DNA of 35,228 bases. Origin: an uncultured archaeon (GTDB taxonomy: Archaea > Aenigmatarchaeota > Aenigmatarchaeia > Aenigmatarchaeales > Aenigmatarchaeaceae). Position 1 is the stretch's first letter, and each line of letters begins with the position of its first letter. The position numbers and the translations under genes are program-made. Under the pieces are notes generated by a model. It saw only the letters and a list, made by a program, of their open reading frames with translations. It did no database searches and was not told the DNA's origin. This document shows positions 15,522-23,311 of this stretch, in pieces. The DNA is taken from the NCBI GenBank assembly GCA_964421545.1, contig CAYQXC010000001.1, forward strand, positions 1 through 35,228, read 5' to 3'.

Positions 15522-16403
15522 ATGTTATGGGTTTATTTTACAATATTATCAGCAATTGCATGGTCTATTACAAACATAATAGATAAGTATACTTTGGACA
15601 AATATGTTAGAAATCCCATGATAGGTACAATATTCATGGGTTGTATAGGGCTTATAGCTGCTTTTATAACATCACAAATAATAGAATTTCTGATTCCAAC
15701 AACGGATTTAATTATACTACTGCTCATGGGAGGAATAACTTATACGGCTGCCGTGGTCTTCTACTTCAAAGCAATTGTTATAGATGAAGTATCGAGAGTT
15801 ACTTCACTGTTTTCACTAACACCCATTTTTGTACTCATTCTCGCGACAATATTTCTTGGTGAGATTTTTACAGTCCAGAAATATGTCGGCATAATTTTGA
15901 TAGTTGTTGGTTCGTTCATAATATCCATCAAGAGAGGTGATAAATTGGAGCTAAGCAAATCACTCAGTCTGATGGTTTTATCTACAATCTTCTTTTCATT
16001 AAACAACATAGTTTCTAAGTATGCCCTAGGCTCATTGGATTATTGGAACGTTTTTATATGGATGAGAATTGGAGCATTCCTACCAATACCATTACTTCTT
16101 TATTTCTATAGGAAACAGACTTTAGAAGTCCTAACCCAAAAACCCAAAGGAGGGATATACTTAGGTATAGCAGAGATTATGAACATAATAGGTGTAATAT
16201 TATTCACTATTGCACTTTCCTATGGTTTTGTTTCACTTGTGGCTGCATTAGGGAAAATACAGAATTTTATTGTTCTAATTTTTGCAACTCTAATAAGTGT
16301 TTTCATACCCAGAATCATCAAGGAAGAGTTGAAAGGTTCAACTATCTCACAGAAGTTTATAGCGATTTCCCTGATGGTTGCGGGCTCAATTTTGATAATT
16401 TAA
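15522..16403 (+). CDS. EamA/DMT-superfamily transporter
   Basis: 293 aa and about 10 TM in two halves typical of EamA repeats. AT-rich. Confidence 0.65.
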   Translation: MLWVYFTILSAIAWSITNIIDKYTLDKYVRNPMIGTIFMGCIGLIAAFITSQIIEFLIPTTDLIILLLMGGITYTAAVVFYFKAIVIDEVSRVTSLFSLTPIFVLILATIFLGEIFTVQKYVGIILIVVGSFIISIKRGDKLELSKSLSLMVLSTIFFSLNNIVSKYALGSLDYWNVFIWMRIGAFLPIPLLLYFYRKQTLEVLTQKPKGGIYLGIAEIMNIIGVILFTIALSYGFVSLVAALGKIQNFIVLIFATLISVFIPRIIKEELKGSTISQKFIAISLMVAGSILII

Positions 16404-16404
16404 T

Positions 16405-17325
16405 TTATTTCTTTAACAGAACAACTCTGCTTTCCTTCTTTTCGTCAGCAATCTTGTAGTCAGTGTTGTCAGCAATCTTTTTTGAGAATTCTCTTATCTC
16501 CTCATGGGAAGGCATCGCAGAATAAGGCAGCCTTTTCCTAGAGAAGCCGACAGCCATGAAACTCTTCACCTCAACAAAGTTAGGCGAGGCAATCTTGATT
16601 AATTCCGCATACTTTTCAGGACTAATCATGTTCAGTCCTTTCACCATTGTCAATCTTATTGCCTTTCTTGTCTTGAGTGAAGGCAGTAGCTTTAATGTTC
16701 TTTGATACCTCTCCCAAGCGTTTTTCACCAAAGGAGCATTGACATTGTCCATCATTTTTTTATTAAAAAAGGACATTGAAACATAAAGCTGAGTGGGCAA
16801 TGTCTCCAAGGATTCAAGGGCTTCCGGAAAAGTTCCGTTGGTGACAACAAAGGTTTTCATTTTTCTCCTGTGGAATTCTTTGATTAAGTCAGAAAGTTGG
16901 CTGTAGCAGCAAGGGTCTCCGCTCAATGATATTGCGGCATTAGTTGGGTTCTGCGCTTCCTTAAGATACTTCTCATCATGTGGAACTCCGCCCAACCCAG
17001 TCAGGAGTTTTCTTTGAGCTTCTATGAAACCCTCCACAAGTTTCTCAGGTTCTTCCTCATTCTTTATTTTCTGACCAAGAGTAAGCTCAGTTGCCCTCCA
17101 GCAGAACTTGCATCTCAGAGAGCACCACATGACAGCAGGCGTGCACTGCAAGCAGCCGTGGCTTTTTATTCCAATGTCCTTGTAGAACTGCTCCTTGTAG
17201 CAGTGTTCCTTGCCTCCAGTCTTTATGGATCTCTTGGTCCACAGGCAAAGCTTGGCAGCAGAATGATTTCCCACAAGCTTGTATCTCTGCCTTTTCAACA
17301 CAGCTTTAACATTTTCCGGAATCAT
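16405..17325 (-). CDS. taw1: tRNA 4-demethylwyosine synthase Taw1/TYW1 (radical SAM)
   Basis: KRQRYKLVGNHSAAKLCLWTKRS...CYKEQFY.I.SH.CLQ..P...WCSLRCKFCWR (CxxxCxxC) is the Taw1 signature. Confidence 0.85.
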   Translation of the reverse strand: MIPENVKAVLKRQRYKLVGNHSAAKLCLWTKRSIKTGGKEHCYKEQFYKDIGIKSHGCLQCTPAVMWCSLRCKFCWRATELTLGQKIKNEEEPEKLVEGFIEAQRKLLTGLGGVPHDEKYLKEAQNPTNAAISLSGDPCCYSQLSDLIKEFHRRKMKTFVVTNGTFPEALESLETLPTQLYVSMSFFNKKMMDNVNAPLVKNAWERYQRTLKLLPSLKTRKAIRLTMVKGLNMISPEKYAELIKIASPNFVEVKSFMAVGFSRKRLPYSAMPSHEEIREFSKKIADNTDYKIADEKKESRVVLLKK

Positions 17326-17367
17326 CTAATCACAAACTTTAATAAACATCTCAACCAATAAATCCTT

Positions 17368-18837
17368 ATGCCTGAGAGAGAAAAGGATTCTAAGTACAAT
17401 TTATCCTCACCGCTCGTGTCTGTGGAAATCAAATGGAACGACAAGAATAAGGAGTTCTTGTACAATGTGATTGAGCCGCAGCTCACCAAGGATGAAAAAG
17501 ACACACAGAAGAAGATAGTCAACGGTCTCCTGGAGATACTTGACATTGAGCTTTCCTCGATCAAGAAGAGGGGAGAAGCTCTAAATTATCTTAAGGAGCA
17601 GATAAGCAAGATTCTTGACGAGTATGAAATCAAGCTGTCAGAGGCAAGCCTGAACAAGATAATCTATTATGTGCAGAGGGACTTTGTCGGCCTGAACGAG
17701 ATAGAGCCTTTCATGCAGGACCCTGAGATAGAGGACATTTCCTGCGACGGTATGGAAATCCCGATATTTATTGTCCACAGGAAGTACGGCTCGATAAAGT
17801 CCAACATCGTCTATAATGAAGAAAAAAGATTAAAGGACTTTGTAGTGAAGCTTGCAGAAAGATGCGGAAGGTTCATCTCCTATGCAGAGCCCCTTTTGGA
17901 TGGGACCCTGCCAGACGGCTCAAGAGTCCAGGCCACATTCGCGACTGATGTCACAACCAAAGGCCCGAGCTTCACAATAAGGAAGTTCGTTCCCGAACCA
18001 TACTCGCCCATTGACTTGATAAACAAGAAGACAATAAACCCGGAGATGCTTGCATACCTTTGGCTGGCAGTTGAGAACGGTTCATCGGTTTTAATATCAG
18101 GGGGGGCGGGCACTGGGAAGACAACATTATTAAATGTTCTTCTGATGTTCATACCAACACAGTTAAAGATAATATCAATAGAGGACACGAGGGAGCTGAA
18201 CATCCCTCATGAGAACTGGATACCCTCGGTCACAAGGGTCGGCTTTGCAAAGGGCTACGGGGAAGTCACAATGTTTGACTTGCTCAAGGAGTCGTTCAGG
18301 CAGACCCCCGACTATGTTGTTGTCGGCGAGGTCAGGGGCAAGGAAGCGTATGTCATGTTCCAGGGAATGGCATCCGGAATTCCAGCAATGGGAACAATGC
18401 ACGCCGGCAGGGTAGAGGATGTTATTTACAGGCTGGAAACTCCTCCAATCAATCTGTCGCCGTCGCTGGTTGACACACTGGATCTGATAATTGTCATGAT
18501 ACATGCAAGGGAAAAGAACGAGTCTGCAAGAAGGGTCAAGGAGATTGTCGAGATAGAGTCTGTTTCAGCTGAGACAGGCAAGGCAAGGACCAACAATGTC
18601 TACCACTGGTCTCCCAAGGAGGACAAGTTCAACTACAAGGGAGTGTCATGGTTATTGCAGCAGATAGCTGTCCAGAAGGGCGTTGAGACAAGCGACTTGC
18701 TAAAGGAGATACAGAGGAGAAAGGAGCTGCTTGAAATAATACACAAGAAGCAGCTGAGCAACTTCAAGGACGTTGTCAAAATTATTTCTGACTACAGGAA
18801 AGAGCCGGAGAAAACATTTGAGAAGCTAAAATCATAA
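17368..18837 (+). CDS. Type IV pilus/archaellum-type secretion ATPase (FlaI/PilB/GspE family)
   Basis: Walker A GGAGTGKTTLLN. Asp box ..ISIEDTRELN... Walker B DYVVVGEVRG. His box GTMHAG. Confidence 0.85.
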   Translation: MPEREKDSKYNLSSPLVSVEIKWNDKNKEFLYNVIEPQLTKDEKDTQKKIVNGLLEILDIELSSIKKRGEALNYLKEQISKILDEYEIKLSEASLNKIIYYVQRDFVGLNEIEPFMQDPEIEDISCDGMEIPIFIVHRKYGSIKSNIVYNEEKRLKDFVVKLAERCGRFISYAEPLLDGTLPDGSRVQATFATDVTTKGPSFTIRKFVPEPYSPIDLINKKTINPEMLAYLWLAVENGSSVLISGGAGTGKTTLLNVLLMFIPTQLKIISIEDTRELNIPHENWIPSVTRVGFAKGYGEVTMFDLLKESFRQTPDYVVVGEVRGKEAYVMFQGMASGIPAMGTMHAGRVEDVIYRLETPPINLSPSLVDTLDLIIVMIHAREKNESARRVKEIVEIESVSAETGKARTNNVYHWSPKEDKFNYKGVSWLLQQIAVQKGVETSDLLKEIQRRKELLEIIHKKQLSNFKDVVKIISDYRKEPEKTFEKLKS

Positions 18838-19584
18838 GCCGAAATATTCCATTGCCTCATTGATGTTATTAACTTCTATTACAGAGATGCCCACGCTTTC
18901 CCCTATGTTGACAGTTACCTGCTCGTAGGTTGTCTCGCAGAAAATGAAGCCGGCCCTTCTTGCGCAAGTCTCATTCGGGCTCAGGTAGGTCTGCTCCCCC
19001 TGTCCTAGAGGAACCAAAAAAACCTTGATGCCCACATCGCTTGCTGCCTGCGCTTTCTCAAGAACACCTCCCACCAGTCCTATTGAGCCGTCAGGCTCAA
19101 CTGTGCCTGTTATTATCATGTCATTCTTCAGGGTCTTGTTTTGCAGGGCAGCTATGGTTGCCAGTGTCAGCGCAGCGCCTGCAGAGGGACCGCCCACCAG
19201 AGTCGCATCAGTCTTTATGCTGTATATCAGGTCGTAGCTGCTCATGTCCATGTTGGTTATGTTCACTGCAACATTCCTCGCAGTCTGTATTGAGTATTGG
19301 GTGTCGACCCAGAACAGAAGCTTCTCTATGTCTGTCAGAACCTTGCCGTCGCCTGGAATCGCTTCAACAGTCATGGGAGTTGATACTCCGTTGCCTTCCT
19401 GGTCAACAGCGACAAGATTTATTTCTGCGTACATCTTTCCCAAGGGCTCCGGGGTTACGATTATCTCTTCTTCAGGAATTTCATAAAACAGTAACGATGT
19501 TGCTGCAAAACCTATTAGCAGACCTGCCAGCAGGACAACAACGTAAGAAGTGTAATTGGTTTTCTTATAACTGTAGCGTGCCAT
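18832..19584 (-). CDS. Membrane-anchored S16 (Lon-type) serine protease domain protein
   Basis: N-terminal TM, then GGPSAGAALTLATIAAL (catalytic Ser) and IGLVGGVLEKAQAA (Lys), the Lon proteolytic-domain dyad. Confidence 0.75.
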   Translation of the reverse strand: MARYSYKKTNYTSYVVVLLAGLLIGFAATSLLFYEIPEEEIIVTPEPLGKMYAEINLVAVDQEGNGVSTPMTVEAIPGDGKVLTDIEKLLFWVDTQYSIQTARNVAVNITNMDMSSYDLIYSIKTDATLVGGPSAGAALTLATIAALQNKTLKNDMIITGTVEPDGSIGLVGGVLEKAQAASDVGIKVFLVPLGQGEQTYLSPNETCARRAGFIFCETTYEQVTVNIGESVGISVIEVNNINEAMEYFGL

Positions 19585-19628
19585 AATTATATCTCTCCTC
19601 TTAAGGATAAAAAACTTCTCAAAAAGAT

Positions 19629-19901
19629 GCAGGGAAACGCCTTTGGTGGGTGAGAAGAATTTACGAGGTTGATCCTGTCAACCTTCTCCACTTCGCGACC
19701 CCATAAACGTCACTACCATAACTTAGTAGTGCTCGGTTCCCCGCCTCCTACGGTTCGCTATAACAGCAACTCTATAGGACGAAGCTTCTCAGTCAGCCGA
19801 TAGGGCCTCATAGACTCTTGACATCGCCCTCGGGCTTCGATCGCGCCATGAACCGGATCTGCGCTTATAGGGAACCGGTACCTCCCCAATCTATCCCCTG
19901 C
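19629..19901 (-). ncRNA. Probable signal recognition particle (7S) RNA
   Basis: No credible CDS. The ends pair (GCAGGG/CCCUGC). The minus-strand segment UUAUAGC-GAACC-GUAG-GAGG-CGG-GGAA-CCG-AGCA-CUAC-UAA-GUUAUGG reproduces SRP helix 8 (GGAA tetraloop, symmetric loop NAGG/AGCA, asymmetric loop). A TATA element lies about 28 nt upstream (19925-19933) and oligo-T follows the 3' end. Confidence 0.6.
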
Positions 19902-19924
19902 AGAAAATAGTTTGAACTTGAATG

Positions 19925-19933
19925 TATTTAAAA
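19925..19933 (-). promoter_or_regulatory. TATA box for the SRP-RNA candidate
   Basis: Minus-strand TTTTAAATA is centred about 28 nt upstream of the G at 19901. Confidence 0.4.
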
Positions 19934-19953
19934 CTTGAATAAAAAAGTGAGTT

Positions 19954-20694
19954 TTAGAATATGTAATCAAGTGCCCTATTCACTAATCCTTTCATCCCAT
20001 TTTTATTGGGTCTGTAAGTTTGAAAGGTTTTTTCTATGGAAGCTCTTAAACTCGGCCTTCTTATTATTCCTGCAGGCTGCTCGATTTTCTTTAATAAATG
20101 CTCAATATCAAACTCTTCCAAGTCATAAGTAGTAGTACATGTTCCTACTTGATTTACTGTCTTGGCGTCACTAAAACCTAGGCCCGGTATACCATTCTTC
20201 TTAGCCCATGATAAGTTCCTGTCGTGATGCGATTTAAGAAAATAATCTACTGCTCCTGTAACAAAATCACCAGCAACTATTTTGTTATTTCTATGCATGT
20301 CCAACACCATTTCTCTGGACAAAGAACCTGGATGGTTGGGGTGAGTGGCAACAGCCTTTCCTGCACGCTCCTTTATCATATCAGCTATTTCAAAACAACT
20401 ATACTTTCTAGGATTTTCAATCCTTTCAGTAATGCCAATACCTAGCATATCTCCATCATAACTGGGAACTTCTTGTGCAGGAACAGCAAGCATGCCTAAA
20501 GCTTTGCAAAGTTTTTCTATTCTGCAATATGCTTCTATCGGATTTTCCTTTTCTGACAAACTAAAAAATTTGATACCCTTTTCATGTGCGGTCTTCACCA
20601 TTTGGTTGGGATTAGAACAATATGGAAAAACATCATTCCCACCTATTGAACTGTGGTTATGTAAGTCAGCACTGTAAATTGTCAAATATGTCAC
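19954..20694 (-). CDS. PHP-domain metal-dependent phosphoesterase
   Basis: N-terminal ..YSADLHNHSS.. plus downstream His/Asp/Glu motifs (..THPNHP.., ..GFSDAKT..) typical of the PHP fold. AT-rich. Confidence 0.6.
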   Translation of the reverse strand: MTYLTIYSADLHNHSSIGGNDVFPYCSNPNQMVKTAHEKGIKFFSLSEKENPIEAYCRIEKLCKALGMLAVPAQEVPSYDGDMLGIGITERIENPRKYSCFEIADMIKERAGKAVATHPNHPGSLSREMVLDMHRNNKIVAGDFVTGAVDYFLKSHHDRNLSWAKKNGIPGLGFSDAKTVNQVGTCTTTYDLEEFDIEHLLKKIEQPAGIIRRPSLRASIEKTFQTYRPNKNGMKGLVNRALDYIF

Positions 20695-20709
20695 CGAGTT
20701 ATTGTTTTA

Positions 20710-20758
20710 TAGAATTTTGGAAAAATTCTAAATTAAACACCAATATTGGTACCAATAT
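20710..20758. promoter_or_regulatory. Dyad-symmetry elements in the divergent PHP / wHTH promoter region (candidate operators)
   Basis: TAGAATTTT-gga-AAAATTCTA (20710-20730). Palindrome CCAATATTGG (20740-20749). Direct repeat ACCAATAT at 20739 and 20751. Confidence 0.4.
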
Positions 20759-20808
20759 CTGTTCTTATATATGTACTAACATATTTAAATAATCCAGCTA
20801 AAGTAAAA

Positions 20809-21090
20809 ATGGTAGATAACATGAAGAACCTAACTGTAATTAAAAGTTTAGTCGAGAACAAGACCATAAAAAAGATTTTCAAGACGCTTTTCAAGGAAAA
20901 ACAGGAAGGAAAACTAGGTATATCTATAACAAAACTTTCAGAAAAATCTGGAATCGAAAGACATAGATTGGTCGGCATGCTTGAAGTATTGGTTGTGCTT
21001 GGCATTCTAGTTGCATTCGACATAGGCATGGCCAAGGCATTTGCGCCATCGCCCATGCTATTAAAGGTAAAGAATCTCATCAGAATATAG
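20809..21090 (+). CDS. Small winged-helix-like DNA-binding protein (putative regulator)
   Basis: ..GISITKLSEKSGIERHRLVGMLEVLVVLGIL.. resembles an HTH plus wing. The ATG at 20809 lies about 25 nt downstream of ATATTTAAAT, suggesting a leaderless transcript. Confidence 0.4.
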   Translation: MVDNMKNLTVIKSLVENKTIKKIFKTLFKEKQEGKLGISITKLSEKSGIERHRLVGMLEVLVVLGILVAFDIGMAKAFAPSPMLLKVKNLIRI

Positions 21091-21190
21091 AATTGTTACA
21101 TACCGACTATTACAGCGACGAGTCCCCTATTTTTTATTAGAAATCAAAATTACCGTCAAATTTAAATAGATAAATGCAAAACTCATATTC

Positions 21191-21397
21191 ATGGCAGACC
21201 CAAGGTCAATAGCTTTCTGGATTATAGGATCCATATGCATCTTCATAGGCGCTTTGATAGCTGGAAGCGTTGAGACCACTGTCCTGGGAGCAACAACAAC
21301 ATCTGTCGCAATGGCCTATATAATATCGTTTGTACTGATACTTCTGGGCGGCATGTTCTGGATATCAACAGCAATCATCCAGGTAGAAGAATCATAA
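21191..21397 (+). CDS. Small 2-TM membrane protein
   Basis: 68-aa ORF with two hydrophobic helices. Confidence 0.4.
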   Translation: MADPRSIAFWIIGSICIFIGALIAGSVETTVLGATTTSVAMAYIISFVLILLGGMFWISTAIIQVEES

Positions 21398-21775
21398 TTG
21401 CATTTCAGGGTAGCATGCTTTCTTGAAGAACCTTCTCACAATGAGCGTCTCATTCTCCTCTGATTCAAGAGAAATTGATATTGACCCGCCCTCCGCGTCG
21501 GTTAGGTTCTCGAAAAACAGGACTTCCTCATCATTACTGATCTCCATGCCATAGTATTCGATATTGTTCCTATGGGAGGATATTATGAACCTGAAGATCC
21601 TTGTCTTTCCGTATGCAGAGCCCTCGGGCTCAAACTCGTACTCTATGTCACTCATGATGTCGCCATAGGAATACTCCATATAGCATTCAAGGGATTCGGT
21701 GTTCTGGTAAATGAAGACAAAACTGGTTGCCAGGATTACCAGGAACAGTATTACGAACAAATACTCCCTTTTCAT
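21392..21775 (-). CDS. Hypothetical secreted or anchored protein
   Basis: N-terminal signal/anchor YLFVILFLVILATSFVFI. No other motif. Confidence 0.4.
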   Translation of the reverse strand: MKREYLFVILFLVILATSFVFIYQNTESLECYMEYSYGDIMSDIEYEFEPEGSAYGKTRIFRFIISSHRNNIEYYGMEISNDEEVLFFENLTDAEGGSISISLESEENETLIVRRFFKKACYPEMQL

Positions 21776-21895
21776 AAGAGAAATATATGGAACTAATAAA
21801 TTATAATATTCGTTTTTCTAAGCATTGAAAAATAAAACAAGGGAAATTCCCTTAAAACTTGGATATCTATATTGAACTGTTAATCAAGCACCCGT

Positions 21896-22189
21896 TCAGA
21901 ATCTTCTTGGCTTGTGCTTTCTGTAACAATCTCTACAATAGATTTTTCTACCTTCTATTGGTTTAAAAGGAACTTCGCACTCCTTTCCGCAGTCGTCGCA
22001 TTTTGTCTTGTGCATCTCTCTTTCAAAACCAGTTTTTGTCTCTTCTTTGGCTTCCTCAGCAGGTGCTTCCTTTGTCTCTTCTGTAGCCTGCTCTTCTTTG
22101 ACTTCCCCGGCAGGTGAATCTTCTGTCACTTCAGCAACTTCTTCGACTGGTTGTTTTTCCATCTGTTCTTCTGTTTTTGTTTCTTCCAT
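21896..22189 (-). CDS. Acidic-tail protein with a CxxC-x17-CxxC zinc ribbon
   Basis: About 55 aa of Glu/Thr/Ala-rich N-terminus, then KCDDCGKECEVPFKPIEGRKIYCRDCYRKH. Confidence 0.6.
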   Translation of the reverse strand: MEETKTEEQMEKQPVEEVAEVTEDSPAGEVKEEQATEETKEAPAEEAKEETKTGFEREMHKTKCDDCGKECEVPFKPIEGRKIYCRDCYRKHKPRRF

Positions 22190-22314
22190 ATTAATCTCTC
22201 CTTAACAATCTTTTAACATACCCTTCTATTCTTTAAATATCAATCAAGAAATGAGATTTCAGGTCTATAGAACCTTTTCTAAAAATAACTATATCTGCAG
22301 AATAAAAAAATCAT

Positions 22315-22863
22315 TTATAATACTTCTGTCTTTCTGAACTCGAAGAACCTCAGAGGATATACCTTGCTCACATCCTTCCTTATCTTTGACTGGAGCTTGC
22401 CGTCAATTATCTCCCTGATAAACTCCTCGGTTTTCATCTTCTCGATCGCCTCTATCACTGACTCCCTGACTATCCTTCTTACCTTGACCTCTACCGGGTG
22501 GCTAACCCTTCTGTTGGAAATGGCTATTGTCTTGACCCTAATCTTGTTGTCCTTCAGCTCTATTATGTCGTTCGTGTCTATCCTCGTCTTCCTTTTCCTG
22601 ACTATCCTTGCCAGATAATCCCTGGTGCAGTCATGGCCTACGAACTTGGTCAGCGCCTTGCTGTTGTCCACACTGTCTATCTTGAAATAGAACTTCAGGT
22701 AGTACTTGTTGGGGTCGCCTGTTATGTCTGTCAGGCTTGTCTCCACGACCCTTCCCTTCAGCTGGCTGGGATCGAAAGCAATGGTCTCGCCAATAACAAA
22801 GTCCCCGAAAAACTTCGGGGCAGTTATCTGATACCAGTCCTTACCCTTTAATTTCGAAGCCAT
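22315..22863 (-). CDS. rps3ae: 30S ribosomal protein eS1 (S3Ae)
   Basis: KGKDWYQITAPKFFGDFVIGETIA... is a typical S3Ae N-terminus. Confidence 0.9.
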   Translation of the reverse strand: MASKLKGKDWYQITAPKFFGDFVIGETIAFDPSQLKGRVVETSLTDITGDPNKYYLKFYFKIDSVDNSKALTKFVGHDCTRDYLARIVRKRKTRIDTNDIIELKDNKIRVKTIAISNRRVSHPVEVKVRRIVRESVIEAIEKMKTEEFIREIIDGKLQSKIRKDVSKVYPLRFFEFRKTEVL

Positions 22864-22911
22864 AGAAATTAAATACAGCTTGTAACTTTATAAATCTTAA
22901 CAAAGGGGCGT

Positions 22912-23301
22912 TTAGGGCACGCTGCTTATTGCGGTGGCTCCTTCAGAACTTGTAACCTTGACTATGTCCCCGGAAGCCATGGGAATTCCCAGGTCAATTG
23001 AATCAGAACTTCCTGGCATGATTGTGATGGAAGAGGCCGCCTCAAGGGCCCCGTTCACAAACACGTTGAAGTTGGACAGCTCGACCTTTCCCGTGTTCTT
23101 GACAGTGACAATGCCGGCGGTTGTTGCAGACTCAATTCTCATCTCAGCCATCAATGAGGAGGAAATGTGCTCTGCTGTTTCCGTGCCAGCCTCAGTGCTT
23201 GTTGTTATCATTTCTGAGAAGAAGATATACATTGATGAGACCAGAGAAATGCCTATCATTAAAATGAGTATGATGGACACAAGAGACGACACAGCTTTCA
23301 T
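22912..23301 (-). CDS. Archaeal type IV pilin-like protein (class III signal peptide)
   Basis: MKAVSSLVSIILILMIGISLV matches the archaeal pilin/archaellin N-terminal motif (K/R)(A/G)VS.(V/L)I..(I/V)L. Small beta-rich C-terminal part. Confidence 0.55.
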   Translation of the reverse strand: MKAVSSLVSIILILMIGISLVSSMYIFFSEMITTSTEAGTETAEHISSSLMAEMRIESATTAGIVTVKNTGKVELSNFNVFVNGALEAASSITIMPGSSDSIDLGIPMASGDIVKVTSSEGATAISSVP

Positions 23302-23311
23302 AATAATAATT

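Noticed and set aside
15485-16420. att-like duplication of the tRNA-Pro 3' end after the EamA gene
   Set aside because: I looked for TTCAAATCCGGGCGGGCCCA downstream of 16403 and found none, so the insertion hypothesis there rests only on composition and synteny.
19629-19901. RNase P RNA as an alternative identity for the structured RNA
   Set aside because: There are only weak resemblances to CR-I (GAGGUACCGG) and CR-V (GACAGGAUCAACC), and no GAGGAAAGUCC or AGGGUGAAA-type elements. The SRP helix-8 motif match is much more complete. This still needs a covariance-model test.
19758-19970. 70-aa minus-strand ORF
   Set aside because: It overlaps the structured ncRNA and its promoter, and its composition is driven by RNA helices.
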